In this document: piece by piece, positions 12,880-25,341 of the stretch | Layout: each line of letters begins with the position of its first letter | How positions within the stretch are numbered: the stretch's first letter is position 1 | From: Phoronis australis | Lineage: Eukaryota > Animalia > Phoronida | Assembly (NCBI GenBank): GCA_002633005.1 | Contig: NMRA01001272.1 | Coordinates: forward strand, 1 to 32,082 | Direction: 5' to 3' | DNA length: 32,082 nt | Program-made: the position numbers and the translations under genes | Notes under the pieces: model-generated | The model's database searches: none | What the model saw: only the letters and a program-made list of their open reading frames with translations | What the model was told of the DNA's origin: nothing

Positions 12880-13580
12880 CTGAGAGACAACTTCTGGGGT
12901 ACGACTACGGCGACCAACGGCGGTTTCAAATTTAAGAAGACTAAATGTGACTCCCTGATTTCGTGAGAAGTGGCAGGGACAGGTTGGCCTGCTACATTTA
13001 GTTTAGACTTGGCCGTGTGCTTCGCGCTGCGATTCGATCTTGACATGGACTTGATGAATTTTGTCATGGTTGATAATCCATCAGTATTCCTACTTCATAT
13101 CATTTTAAAATGCAAGTGCGAACTCAACTTAAGCCACGCAGGCAATTTCTCATGCATATGAAATCTGACTACGGTTTCTAGTTGTGTTGGCCAGCAGGAG
13201 ACAGTGGTCACTGTCTACATGGAGTCCAAACCAAGTGTTTTAGTGACCGGGTGTTGATTTCGGTATAGATGCATCTAATAACCGAAATATCGTTTATTTT
13301 TTGCATGTAAACGTTTAAAAATCACATCTGACTTTGAAAGTTTAGATATTTTTGAAGCGGTGAACCTTCGGGCTAGTGAACCTTCCGAGTAGCAAACCTT
13401 CGAAATAGTGGGATGTTCCCATTTCCAGCGGTGTAGGCAACTTAAGTAACACGCTAAAATACAACCGGACATACAATTTTGTTAAGTCATTCACCGACTA
13501 AACTTCATATTTCCATTTGAGTATGCAATGAAGTGTAATCACTCATTTAAGCATGGCTGATTTGAAACTTTGGCAGGAGA
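12880..13580 (+). repeat. Diverged direct repeat, copy 1 (partner ~15445-16130)
   Basis: Shared blocks GACCAACGGCGGT, CTACATTTAGTTT, TTTTTGCATGTAAA, GTTCCCATTTC, AATGAAGTGTAATCACTCATTTA. Confidence 0.8.
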
Positions 13581-13868
13581 TAATGCCAGAATGTTCTCAT
13601 CCCCCTAATTAAGTTGAGTCAAAGGCCTTACCGAAATTTCTACTGTGTCGAGGTTTGCAAAATATCAAAGGTCTGCTGTTCTTGAAATTCGAACCACACC
13701 TCGCTCAATGCTGGCTACGGGCCTGCATAGGATACATGCATTTGAGTAGAGAGGTGGTGTTTAATAAAAAGGTCGCCCCTTCATCGATCAAACCTGTGCA
13801 TGCTACTGCCCCACCGCTAGAAATGTCTGTAAAGTACCTTTTTGCATGCAGAATGTTGCTCGACATTA

Positions 13869-14248
13869 TGCAGATGATTTCAAACGGTTACCTGGCGGTT
13901 AAATCTGGCCGAACTCATCGTGTGTGGCGGGGCTAATCCACAACTAGACTTGTCGCGCAATGTTTATTCATGATGCATGGGCTTACGTAGAATATTTTGA
14001 AACTGGTTCCACACTGTTACCTCTTGGGTTGATTTACATGTACCTCAAATTTTAGCCCTTCTTTAGTCGTCTGGCAGGGCCACCCCACCACTGAAATTGT
14101 CTGGCATCTTACTGTTATATGATGTGCAATGATGCTGAGAATCGTGCAGGTGTTTTCAAACGGTTATCCCGTGGGTTGATCTAGCTCAACTCAGGTCTTT
14201 GGGCGTGTCTGGCGGGGCTAACCCGCCACTAGATTTGTATGGCAGTGT
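13869..14248 (+). repeat. Short diverged direct duplication (~13869-13963 and ~14145-14248)
   Basis: TTTCAAACGGTTA...TGGCGGGGCTAA...ACTAGA present twice. Confidence 0.7.
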
Positions 14249-15174
14249 GGTTACCAGAAAAGTTGAACTAGCTCAATTTTTGATTGTCATTCTCTTGGCC
14301 CCATGACCACACCCACCAAAGCGAACCAGTCAGACGGCTATTTCCAAGCATTAGGATACGCACAGAGCACTGTGGCACCAAAGAAAATTGGTAACATTTT
14401 CATGCCCAAAAAAGCTTTGGGATCCCGGTCTATTTCCTCAATTCGAATGCAGATAACTGCGAATCCAAACTTGATCAGTGTTAATGAGCACGTGGCCAAG
14501 AAGCGCGCGCTAGGGCCTACATAATATGTGGGCCTGCTACGCTGACAAATGAACTCTGATAACACGCACGCGCTCGCTCACTCGAGACTAACTTCAAAAC
14601 AAACGTCAACATTTGTGTTCATCACAGATTTTTTCATGTTGCTGGGTGCGATGTAGCGCAGATTTGGACTTTAAGTCTGAGTTAACCGCAGATTAAAATC
14701 TTAATAAGGACTGTCGCTATATGGAAGGAGGATTTTAGGTAATTTGCTGAGTCGAAACTGTATTTTTACTCAAAAATTCAAGTTGCCGGCTTACCGACGA
14801 TCGCGAGGCCACGACGCATCAGTCAGCAAGTTTTCGCCCTGGGATTTCAGAACATTTGAAAAAAGACCGTAATTTAACAACAAAATTTGATAGCAGTGCA
14901 CCGCAGTTTTGTAAAGTGTCTCTCATATGTTACAGATACGTCACAGCGCGTCGGAATTTGATGAATCCTAGTTTCCGATTTCACATGAGCATTTTGCCGT
15001 TCACTGAGTGACTTTACCTAGGTTCTTTTGTCTGTATTTCACGGAAGAATACTAATTCGAATGCGTACCCGAACCGAAACTCAATCAGTGACACTGGTGC
15101 ATAGGCTTGCAGACTTCATACAATCAACAAAGTTTATGGAAAAATTTTCAAGGTTACATGTCACTAGGCCTACT

Positions 15175-15985
15175 CCCAAGTTTCACTACTCCGAAGGTGG
15201 CTACCTTCATATGTTCACTACTTCGAAGGCCCACAATTCCGAAACTAACTCCGACAGTGCAGTAATCTGATTGTCTGCTATATAAGTCGGAACTGACATG
15301 AATAAAGTACTGTAATGTGTTTGTGTTCAGTAATCATTTAAAGGATGTGCAAAAGTTGAATAGTTCTTAAAACTTTGATTACATTGTTGAGCTCAGTTCC
15401 AATCCCTGTCGATCGTGATATCTAAATCTTACTAATGACTCCAAGCAGAGACACCATCGGGTTGGGGCTGCGGGGACCAACGGCGGTAGACCGAATGCAA
15501 CTCTATGACTTCGTGAAGACTAGCAGGTAGGCCTACATTTAGTTTCGATCCACATAAGTCGTGCGCGTGGTTCCGGTGGCTGAGGTTGGGACGCAGCGGC
15601 CCAGTCACGCTGTGAAATGATGCGATCTTGAAGTGAATTCGAGGAATGAATCGTGAATAATAATTAATTCATCAATATTTCTACTTCATATTCTTTTACA
15701 TATGCAAATATGGGGTCTACACGTGCTCATGTTCCGTATTCGTGAGTCATGCGGGCAATCGGATGCCCATTAGCTCCGGGCGTTATTTTCAGTTCAGTGG
15801 CCAGACACCTCTCAGTTTTTCTAATCAGTAACCGAAGTATTGATCGTTTTTGCATGTAAAAGTATAAAATTACACTTGAATCCGAAATTTTAGATATTTC
15901 TGGAGTCAGTGGTGAACCTTCGAAGTGGACGGTGACTGAACATTTGGAATACCGCTACGACCTTCGGAATAGCGGTCTGTTCCCA
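15175..15985. mobile_element. Degraded foldback/MITE-like element with subterminal repeats
   Basis: TTCACTACT(C/T)CGAAGG units at 15182-15230 face inverted GTGAACCTTCG / ACCTTCGGAATAG units at 15912-15973. The same units occur at 13360-13412. Confidence 0.45.
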
Positions 15986-16130
15986 TTTCTAGTGATGTAA
16001 GCAACTAACTAAAATACAACCAAGGTAAAACGATTCAAGACATTTTTCGACAAAATGTTTCTTTCCGAGCAATTAATGAAGTGTAATCACTCATTTAGTC
16101 AGCACGGCGCCTGATCTGAACGTTTGGACG
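15445..16130 (+). repeat. Diverged direct repeat, copy 2 (partner ~12880-13580)
   Basis: Same shared blocks in the same order as copy 1. Confidence 0.8.
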
Positions 16131-16796
16131 GGGGAGGAGGGTTAACGCGTTTCGGTTCTCTTTGTGGACCACGTTGACAAACAACCGAGTTTGAGTCCCG
16201 TTATGTGGGATCAACGTCACGACATCCTCATTTCTGGTATTACGAATTCCGTCTCATCTCAGGCTTTTGAGCTGGGAGTCATGGTTGTGTAGCCTATGCC
16301 AGATTTTCCATCCCTGGCCTTACCGTCGGAAAACTACAGTGTGGACGTTTACAAAGTATCAAAGGTCCGCTCCTCAGTGACAATGGTGGCTCCGGGCCCG
16401 GCTGGAGGCGATGCACACAAGCGGCATTTTCTGATCCTCAATTTTAGGGTTAGTCAGTACCTTAAAAATGAAGCGTCTTTCCTGGTGTCGCTTATCGGGG
16501 GCTTCGATGTTTTTGTTGGTAGATGGAAATAGAGTTCTATGACTGTGGCTTCGAATAGTAAGAGACAGATTTCATGCCAGTAAAAGAGACCTAATCATTT
16601 TTTTAGTTTTTAACCGGCTTTACAGGTCATGGTATTCTGTTCGCACCGCCACAGTATTCATAGTTGGATAATCGTTCACTACAAAAGAGGTTCTATAGGA
16701 CTGTGAACTACAGTGAACTTACGTGGTAGCCTTGTGTTGTCTTCTGTTAAAGTCATCCGATAAGTAGACCAATACCACCCGCTAACGATCATTACT

Positions 16797-16970
16797 TGTT
16801 TTATTTATTTATTTATTGTAATATTGTTAATTAAAATGAGGGTGGCCTCTTCAGTATCAACACTGCTTCCCAAGAGGGCCCTCAACAACCGGCAAAATAT
16901 AAAACAGTGATATAATACAATAAAGTAATAAAACAATAAGTGTTTTTTAAACCACTTTTTAAAAAAAAAT
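16797..16970 (-). mobile_element. Possible 3' end of a non-LTR retrotransposon (L2/CR1-like)
   Basis: An (AAAT)n-type tail on the minus strand next to a small stem-loop (TGAGGG..CTCTT / AAGAG..CCCTCA). No reverse transcriptase motif readable. Confidence 0.3.
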
Positions 16971-18849
16971 ATTGGATGTCTCTTAACGATCAAACTTGGC
17001 TTAAAAACTTTTGAGTGCCTTCTAACGATGAACCCTGGGTTAACATTATTGGGTGCCACCTAGCTATGGGTGTCGACTTTCTGACGGATCTGACTACCGC
17101 TGTGCCCGCTCCAGTGGCATCTTTACTATCTTTTGCCTCGTCGGAGTTCCTTGACGGATTTCTATGATATTTAGTAAGTATGGTTTTATTAAGCCCTTAA
17201 CGACTCAGCCATTTACGTTTTCGGACAGATATTCATTTAAGAATTTTATTCTGTCGACTATCTATGTCATCAGAATCGGAGATTAAGCCTGCATTGTACA
17301 GATATTGGTAAAATAATGAATTACCATTAACACTTTAAATTGCAATTGCTCTATATTGCTTGTTTAGACGGCTATATCAGTAGGAACTTTACTTAACATT
17401 TGTGGATTAAGAACTTCAATGGCGGCCTTTTGGGCGGGGCCAGCTGATGCTGTGAAGGGGATAACGATTTTGGTTGAATGCTGAAAAAAACGTAACTTAT
17501 TTTGCAATACCGACAGCTAACATAACATAATAATAGTGAAACACATGTGTGCACCCAGGGGGATCTCGGGGTCTCGAAGGAGCCTCCTCATTTGGCGGGT
17601 CCGCCGAGAAAAAAAGTCCATTAATTTTAAAGAAGGCAGGAGTCTGTGACTGCAAAATTCATTTCCCTGCCTTAGGCTACGTACGCCGTTTTTTTGTTTT
17701 TGAAGTAGCGGTCCACATTCTCAAGAATTCGAGCCCCCTCATATTTTAGGCTGTATGCCGTGCATGCCAGTGGAATCAGTCAAGGGCCTGCATGCCACCA
17801 AAGAGTGAGACGGTGGTGCGCTCAGTAGACTAATAAGTTGCCTGCGCCGCGTTCGTCACAACTTGAGGATAGCTAAAAACTAGTATAATCGGCTAGAAAT
17901 CTATTCAATTTTTTATTTCCTTTTCATAGCCACATGAGGGGCATCTCGGTAAAATATTTAGTAAGGCTGTGAAACGTTTTGTGTAGAAGCGGCACGCTAA
18001 AATTTGAGACTAAGTCCAGCCGTTCCGCAGACGTAGGAAGTCACTAGGAAACTAAGTATAACTGAGGCCATTCCTGCAACGAAATTAATCTTGTGAGGAC
18101 TACCAGGATGGTTGAATACATGTATGACCTTGTACGTGAGCGCCGCGGGCACTACTGAATTTGAAAGCCCGTGCAGGCAGCCCGGCCCGCACCAAAAAAT
18201 CACTGATTTTATTTATTTGAAATAAATAGGCTACTTTAGACTTCTGCCGAGTATGAACATGAGACCCGAGTGTACTCAACTATATTTCTGACCGACCGAC
18301 GGCAGGGTGACAGCTAGAGAATGAATTCGAAAAAGGAAAGCTATTTAGGGATATGTTTCTAGGAAAAACATCTTTTGGGAGTCAGTCCCATATCGCCCGA
18401 TGCTCAGGTAGTAACCACTCTCCACCAGATGTCAGGCGTGTCCGTTTCGATTTTTATCTCCCCACTTCAAAAACTGGTCCCTTTCCACTTTGCGAAGAAG
18501 TGAACAGCGACGAAAGCACATACAACACTGTTATCTGTTATTTCAAAGCCACTACGACCGTCAACTCGGAGTTTATGCGCAGAAGGTACTTATTGCACCA
18601 TGGTTTTTGGGATGGCCGAACTAAAGTCTTTAGGCTCGGTAATTACATCGCTTTGAATGCCGCAGCCATCCGAGGCCGAGGGGTTAAGAAGTCGCATGTT
18701 GTCTACTCACTACTCTACTCACAGACATCCTCAGCTTCTGATCGTCCCCAATACACTATATAATACTACGTACTATCAGAAGCTGAGGATGCCTGTGACT
18801 ACTGTGTCATATATACAGTGTGCAGCCTGTTGGGACTCGACGAGCCGAG

Positions 18850-19425
18850 CTCGCTGGTTCCCTGCGTGCTTAGCCCAGCCAGCACGCAGGTATCACGCAG
18901 TGGCACGCGCTTTAGCATTGGTCGATGTAATCTTGGCAGTCATTGGTTAGCTTTACAACACCGTGAAAAATGGCAGACTGTGAATGGTTTTAGCCTTGTC
19001 ATGCAAGTGGTGTCGCAGCAACTATTTCGTTTGTGCAGTGATGTTTAATAGCCGGCGCGCGCTTGAAGCACATACATGCACAATAAACACATATTACGGT
19101 GTGTTATTCATACTGTATAAGGACACTATCGTAAACAAAAGTCATCGACAGTATAAAGATGCATTCCGAAAAGGCTCAATCACAATTTCTAGGCTTCACA
19201 TTTCCTGAACATAATTTTAAGCACCGGTTTGTCTGTACAACAGACCACATTTACACTTCAGTCCATCAGCCATGGCCAGTTTGTTTGCGCAAAGCGCTGC
19301 CTGTTGACGAATCGACTAGCCAATCAGAAACGCCGGTGTAAAAAAATTTACAGAGGAAATTTAAGTGATACCTGCGTGCTGGCGCGGCTACCGCCCCACC
19401 TAGCGGCACGCAGGGAACCAGCGAG
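18850..19425. mobile_element. 576-bp non-autonomous TIR element with 9-bp target-site duplication (MULE-like)
   Basis: TIR CTCGCTGGTTCCCTGCGTGC / GCACGCAGGGAACCAGCGAG; inner inverted repeat GCCAGCACGCAGGTATCAC (18878-18896) / GTGATACCTGCGTGCTGGC (19365-19383); CGAGCCGAG at both 18841-18849 and 19426-19434. Confidence 0.85.
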
Positions 19426-19440
19426 CGAGCCGAGGCGGTG

Positions 19441-20273
19441 GTGCTGTACGTGAACTTGGAATCCTGCTTCGGGAGTGAGTGTTGTATGAACTTCGAATAC
19501 GCGAGGCAACTTGACAAGTTCACTCAAATAATCAGGTTCGTGTTCATAAAAATCTGCACTTCACTAAATCAAGTTACTTGTGAATAAAATAATGTCAATT
19601 TTAACCAACCTTTTCAACTACAGGCGATGCAGTTTCACCAAACAATAATCTATTTAGCCTGTATATTCCTCCGTTTCAGCGACACAAGTTACGGTAAAGG
19701 AGAAAATAGTTGATCGCGAGGCCAATAATTACAAAAATTCTTTTCTCTGAACAAAAATTTCACCCTTTTGCCTTAAAGAATATTCAATTCCAAGTTCACG
19801 CAACACTCACGTATTCCAAATTCATGCACAGCTGAGTGGCACTGTCTACAACTGTCTTGCAGTTGTGCAGCTGTGCATCACCTGTGCGTGAACTTGAAAT
19901 CCTGCTTATTCTCAAGATCTTGTATGCATGAACTTGGAATACACGAGGAAACTTGATAAGTTCACTCAAATAATCACGCTTATGTTTATAAAAATTTACA
20001 CTGCACTGAATGAAATTAAATGTTCATAAAATAACTTTAATTTTAACCAATATTTCTCCAACTATTGGTGATCTTTATTATCAAACTTTATTTGATCATT
20101 TAACCATTCACATATTTCTCCCTTCTTTGACACATAAATAGAACGGACAAAGGAAAAAATGTGTGTGAGGCTAGTTATTACAAATATTCTTTACCCTGGA
20201 AAAATGTCACCTGATTGCTCAAATAAATGTTCAATTCCAAGTTTACGCGGGATTCCAAGTTCGCGCACCAGCA
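19441..20273. mobile_element. Tandem dimer of a ~390-bp MITE-like unit (~19442-19832 and ~19884-20268)
   Basis: Each unit begins with CGTGAACTTG(G/A)AATCCTGC and ends with inverted ATTCCAAGTTC units; the internal sequences align. Confidence 0.75.
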
Positions 20274-20669
20274 CAGCAGTATTCAGCTAAATGCTATGGC
20301 ATAGTGGGACAGTGAGGACAGTGCTCTCATCAGCGTCAGCCGCTCGGCGTTACAGTGTGTCGTACAGTGTCATGACGCGTGGCTGACTAAAATGTAATAG
20401 TCTGATATAATATGCCCATTTCAAACCTTGCTCATAGTAAATACAGTGAAATGAAGTGGTGAACTATACATTCCCAACCTTTACTGAGTCACGACCACCC
20501 TTTCATGAATTCAACAACACCTGAGAAGATATTTGACAAATCAAGTTTGTCTCCCAAGCATTTCCCCTCCCAACAATATGTTTGGTAACTCGCGTTTTGT
20601 CAAGAGGACATATATTGTCTTCTCAAGGGAAATGCGTTTTCTGGACAGGACGATATATGACCCCCGAGA

Positions 20670-20845
20670 TTACGCAAGACTTCCGCTTTGTTAAATAGTC
20701 TCCTGTTGTTTGGCATTATGGTTAACACGATAGCATGGGTGTGAATGTGCCAGGTGGCCATATCGTTGGCCAGGATACAGATGCAGGGGACCGAGGGAGT
20801 GAGGGTGTGGTAGATGGGTAAGGGTTGGCCTCATCTAAACCAAAG
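20670..20845 (+). promoter_or_regulatory. Candidate promoter / non-coding first exon of the HDAC6 gene
   Basis: ETS-type ACTTCCG at ~20679, a GC-richer stretch, and a strong donor AAG|GTAAGT at 20845/20846, 1.3 kb upstream of the ATG exon. Inferred only. Confidence 0.4.
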
Positions 20846-22152
20846 GTAAGTTTAAAAGACTTTCTGTTTTCACCCGCTATACATCATATCTATATCGATC
20901 AAGTGCTGCCGGCAGCCCGAAGTCCGATGAGAAAATGCAAGACTTTCTTGTGACGACTCGACTGTCATTTGGTTAAAGTCGCCTGCCTTTTGGCATTACG
21001 CACGTGAGTCTGAGTATCCACATGCAATAGGCAGACGCGAAAGAAGGGGGCCTAGGGAGTGGTGTTGCATTGGGTTTCTTTTAAGGTGATATATTTTATT
21101 ATTAAAGAATTCGCAGAACATACAAGGAAATTAATGACAAACCCAGAAATCCTGAAGCATTATATTTGGGTTGGGGGCTGGGCTGGGTGGGTGTGGACTC
21201 ATCTTAGACCAAAGGGAATCAAAGTTTAAAAGACAATTTTCATTGTTGTACCTTCTAGGGAGGTCATATATAACAATATCGTCCGAGTTGCCTGTGCCCA
21301 GATGTGGTCTTCCACCCTTATTATTTGCTCGAGGTTCAGCCTACAGTGGCGCTGTCTCTGGTCAGATATAGTGTTATTCAGTGGATGAAACTGCTTCTCT
21401 TAACTTAAGGACCCGTACACTTCTGCCCCGTATCATGACAGTAGTGAACAATTGCTAGTATTTGACGCATATAAAGTTTACTATCCTGGTAGAAAATTTC
21501 TCCTTCTTTCAACTGGTGGTTATTTACGATCATGACTATATGCCTAGCATCACAAAACCCATAATGTGATGTCATTTGGTCTGCTTCGTGTAGTCCTCAG
21601 TTGTACTGTACTTGTGCTTTAAAAGCCGGGATCTTGTCCAAGAGAAAATTGACCATTATCAAGCAAAAAACCGATGTGCAACAGGGGTACACCATTGTAT
21701 TGTTGATGGCATTCTTCATTTTGACTGTCACGTGACTTTGCTGTTCTGATAGAAGGTCGCACATGCGCAGATTTGGTATTTTTGTAGTTTCCAATTATCC
21801 CTGGGTGAATTTAATAGTTTGAGAAAAGGAATTTTGGGAACTTGCAATGTCAGGGCTTCAGCCCAGCAGGGCTCAAGAGCAGACATATGTGACATCATTC
21901 TCAATACTTAACGGACGCTCCCCAAAACATGCACGTGTCCACATTGGTAAACAAGGTCCCTTTGTGATCAAGTATCCATAGGTTGTCATCCTCGCCCGTC
22001 CTGTAGTACAAGTTTTTACTCCTCCCAGTTTTTGAAGTTTTACCTCCAACTGTAGACAAAGAGCATATCGCTCTAAAACGTTTACTATAATCTTTTGTAT
22101 TCATGTTTTATAACTACTCTTTTATCGTTTAGCATTTATTTAGTGAAAGCTG

Positions 22153-22191
22153 ATGGATGAAGCTACACAAGATTCAGTCACTGCTCCAGAG
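22153..22191 (+). CDS. HDAC6: HDAC6 coding exon 1 (MDEATQDSVTAPE)
   Basis: ATG preceded by an in-frame TGA (22144) and acceptor AGs; donor GAG|GTGAGT; phase 0 matches the next exon. No homology support. Confidence 0.6.
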
Positions 22192-22743
22192 GTGAGTAAG
22201 TAATGTTAGATTATAGACTCTGTGCGCATTTATATGATTGAATCTGACGGGTGAACTGGCTAAGACATCTGCTCAGTTTGCAAGCTGGAAAGTCGTCCTC
22301 AAGAACCAATTGGATGTCTTGGCCTGTGAACCAGCAGTGATTCCATGGTGTTTTTCCCCTCCTGTTGGGGACATATTACCTTGGAGGTGCCCTATCTTTG
22401 GTGACTGGTATTGTCGTTCCGTGACAGTGCCTTTTATTCCATGACTGTGACATTTCCATGTGAAAATTGCCTGACATAATCCCAGAATTTTCCTGGCAAA
22501 GTTTTCTTTGGATGTAGTTTTTCCTCGGGACACAGATTTGCTGGCATTCTGAATGCCAACAAATGTGGCATCTTATTCCGGTAAAATTTAGTCACTATTT
22601 CTAGGATTAGTTAAAAGGACATTTTACTTTTTCACATTGATCAAATTTCAAAACATTTTACTCATCAGAGATTTCCACACTATGCAAGAAAATGCTGTAC
22701 AACTATCAAACAGATCATTCAGCATGCAGTCATGTCACTAAAA

Positions 22744-23174
22744 CAAGGTACCTAAACTACACGGTTATCGTACTCATGAACACGACTCACTTACCTGCAA
22801 ACACCGTCAACTGACTCACGAACACGCGAACGGACTCACAAAACGCGATCTGTTCACCCAAATGTACGGGACACGGCCTCACATTCACGAAGAAAACACG
22901 GTTAACGGACCGCCAAGCACTGTTTACAGACAAAATGTAGATGTCAGCTGACCCAGAAAGCCGATGAGTCCATGACCTGTGTTTGGCGGTCCGTTAACCG
23001 TGTTTTTCCGTGAAATGTGAGTCCGTGTCCCGTGTTTTTGGTGATTGAATCGTGTTTTGTGAGTCTGTTCTCATGTTTGTGAGTCAGTGAACGGTGTTTG
23101 CAGGTACGTGAGTCATGTTCATGCGTCCGTGACCGTGTTTATGAGTCCGGTAACCGTGTAGTTTAGGTACCTTG
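22744..23174. mobile_element. 431-bp foldback MITE with long imperfect TIRs and TAAAA flanking duplication
   Basis: CAAGGTACCTAAACTACACGGTTA ... TAACCGTGTAGTTTAGGTACCTTG; arms of ~175-200 bp; TAAAA at 22739-22743 and 23175-23179. Confidence 0.9.
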
Positions 23175-23747
23175 TAAAAGTGTCACAGACCCTAAATTAT
23201 GACCAGAGTACTTGATTCTTCCTAAATTCTGCCTATGTGGAATCCTGTGGTATTTTTTAAACCTCCAATAATCCCTCAAAGGTGCAGCTGGATTTGTTCA
23301 GGAGACGTTTAAATATCACGCTTTCAGTCTACTAGTACTAGGCCTCAAAAGTTGTATGCAACATCATTTTTTATCCCTAGTGTACCTTGTGGCATGCTTC
23401 ACCAGACTAGTATCCCAGCGTGCTCTAAATCTTTCTTCCATTTTGAGATTTACATTACTGGGTGACTTGAGGACTTAATGCAGTGGCTGAGATTCGCGCA
23501 TAGTATGAAACACCCTCGAGATACAATGCGAGGCCTCGAAAACACCAGAGGTGTTCCAGATGAATCTCTTGTCATTTCAGTCACAGGAGTTTTCAGTACT
23601 TTTCGATGGTAGAAACTTAATAACTGCTTCAGTGGCAGGGAGAGTTTTGTGACAAGTGTATGTTAATTGATGTTTAGGTCTTAAGCTGGAAGGATGTTAT
23701 AGTCCTGAATGAATTCCCTGAGAAGTATACAGTAGGCTGAAGTTGCC

Positions 23748-24422
23748 GTATTTTATGATTTGATCAAATTTAGACTGTATTTTATGATTTGATCAAATTT
23801 AGACTGTATTTTATGATTTGATCAAATTTAGACTGTATTTTATGATTTGATCAAATTTAGACTGTATTTTATGATTTGATCAAATTTAGACTGTATTTTA
23901 TGATTTGATCAAATTTAGACTGTATTTTATGATTTGATCAAATTTAGACTGTATTTTATGATTTGATCAAATTTAGACTGTATTTTATGATTTGATCAAA
24001 TTTAGACTGTATTTTATGATTTGATCAAATTTAGACTGTATTTTATGATTTGATCAAATTTAGACTGTATTTTATGATTTGATCAAATTTAGACTGTATT
24101 TTATGATTTGATCAAATTTAGACTGTATTTTATGATTTGATCAAATTTAGACTGTATTTTATGATTTGATCAAATTTAGACTGTATTTTATGATTTGATC
24201 AAATTTAGACTGTATTTTATGATTTGATCAAATTTAGACTGTATTTTATGATTTGATCAAATTTAGACTGTATTTTATGATTTGATCAAATTTAGACTGT
24301 ATTTTATGATTTGATCAAATTTAGACTGTATTTTATGATTTGATCAAATTTAGACTGTATTTTATGATTTGATCAAATTTAGACTGTATTTTATGATTTG
24401 ATCAAATTTAGACTGTATTTTA
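23748..24422 (+). repeat. Perfect 29-bp minisatellite, 23 copies plus 8 nt
   Basis: Unit GTATTTTATGATTTGATCAAATTTAGACT; no variant units seen; no spacers. Confidence 0.98.
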
Positions 24423-24553
24423 CTCTTGACCATTGTTACCTATTCGTGACTCATGTTTGACTAACATTTTATGTATCATCTCTTTGTTTGTGCTTCATTT
24501 TCTGACGCAAAGTAATCGTTATACATGTCTTGTAATAACAACATTCTCTACAG

Positions 24554-24714
24554 GTGACGGAGAAGAGAAAGATTAAGAAGGACAAGAAAAAGTCACAGTC
24601 TCTTGCTGATGTTAAGAAAAGATGTCGACAGCTTAAAAGTAAAAATGAACAGACATCTGTTATTCAAGGACTAAGAGAATTGTCCGTCGACAAACGCCGT
24701 AACATGTCAAAGAA
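24554..24714 (+). CDS. HDAC6: HDAC6 coding exon 2 (basic N-terminal region)
   Basis: VTEKRKIKKDKKKSQSLADVKKRCRQLKSKNEQTSVIQGLRELSV... resembles the LAEVKKKG...LIVGLQGMDL region of vertebrate HDAC6. ctacag| acceptor, |gtgaga donor, phase 0-2. Confidence 0.8.
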
Positions 24715-25143
24715 GTGAGACATCACGAATTAGGTTCTTTACACATTGTCTGTTTTTACTGTTAACATTAAAATCAAATTTGAATTTCATATAGGCACAT
24801 AGACCATGCGCCTTCTTAATGTCAAGTTGCATTTGGCGACCTAGCAAATGTGCAGATTTCACGAAATAAATAGAACAATTGTGAATCAAAGGTTATAATT
24901 TTGGGAAAATTGTTAGTAGTTTCAAGTTTGCAACTCAACATGAACTTTGAAGGAAACTTAGAGTGAATTATAGTCTGGCTTTGATATTTGCAGTGGCGAT
25001 TTCATGGCGACCTGGAATTTTTCTCTGGTCGCCGAACACAATTTGAGGTCGCATTGACGACATGCAGGTTGCCAAGTCGAACGCTGACCTGGCATTTAAG
25101 TGACAACTGTATTGCTTCAGAGGCTGAAATAAACCTGCCACGA

Positions 25144-25341
25144 CAAGCTACCATTATGCATCCTAAGCAATAATAAACTGCCAGTTATACTCAACCTTCC
25201 ATTTTGCATCCTAAGCAATAATAAACTGCCAGTTATACTCAAGCTACCATTATGCATCCTAAGCAGTAATAAACTGTCAGTTATACTCAAGCTACCACTA
25301 TGCATCCTGAGCAATAAGGAATTGTCAGTTATACTCAAGCT
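25144..25341 (+). repeat. 48-bp minisatellite, ~4 copies
   Basis: Unit CAAGCTACCATTATGCATCCTAAGCAATAATAAACTGCCAGTTATACT. Confidence 0.95.

Noticed and set aside
18353-18763. 136-aa ORF or THAP-like remnant
   Set aside because: No complete motif on either strand.
21597-22104. Nested antisense ORFs in the first HDAC6 intron
   Set aside because: Short, with no motif and no convincing exon structure.
23748-24422. CRISPR-like array (29-bp palindromic repeat)
   Set aside because: The units are contiguous with no spacers, they lie in a spliceosomal intron, and there are no cas genes.
25117-25338. Repetitive ORF (SITDSLLLLRMH...)
   Set aside because: A by-product of the 48-bp minisatellite on the antisense strand of an intron.
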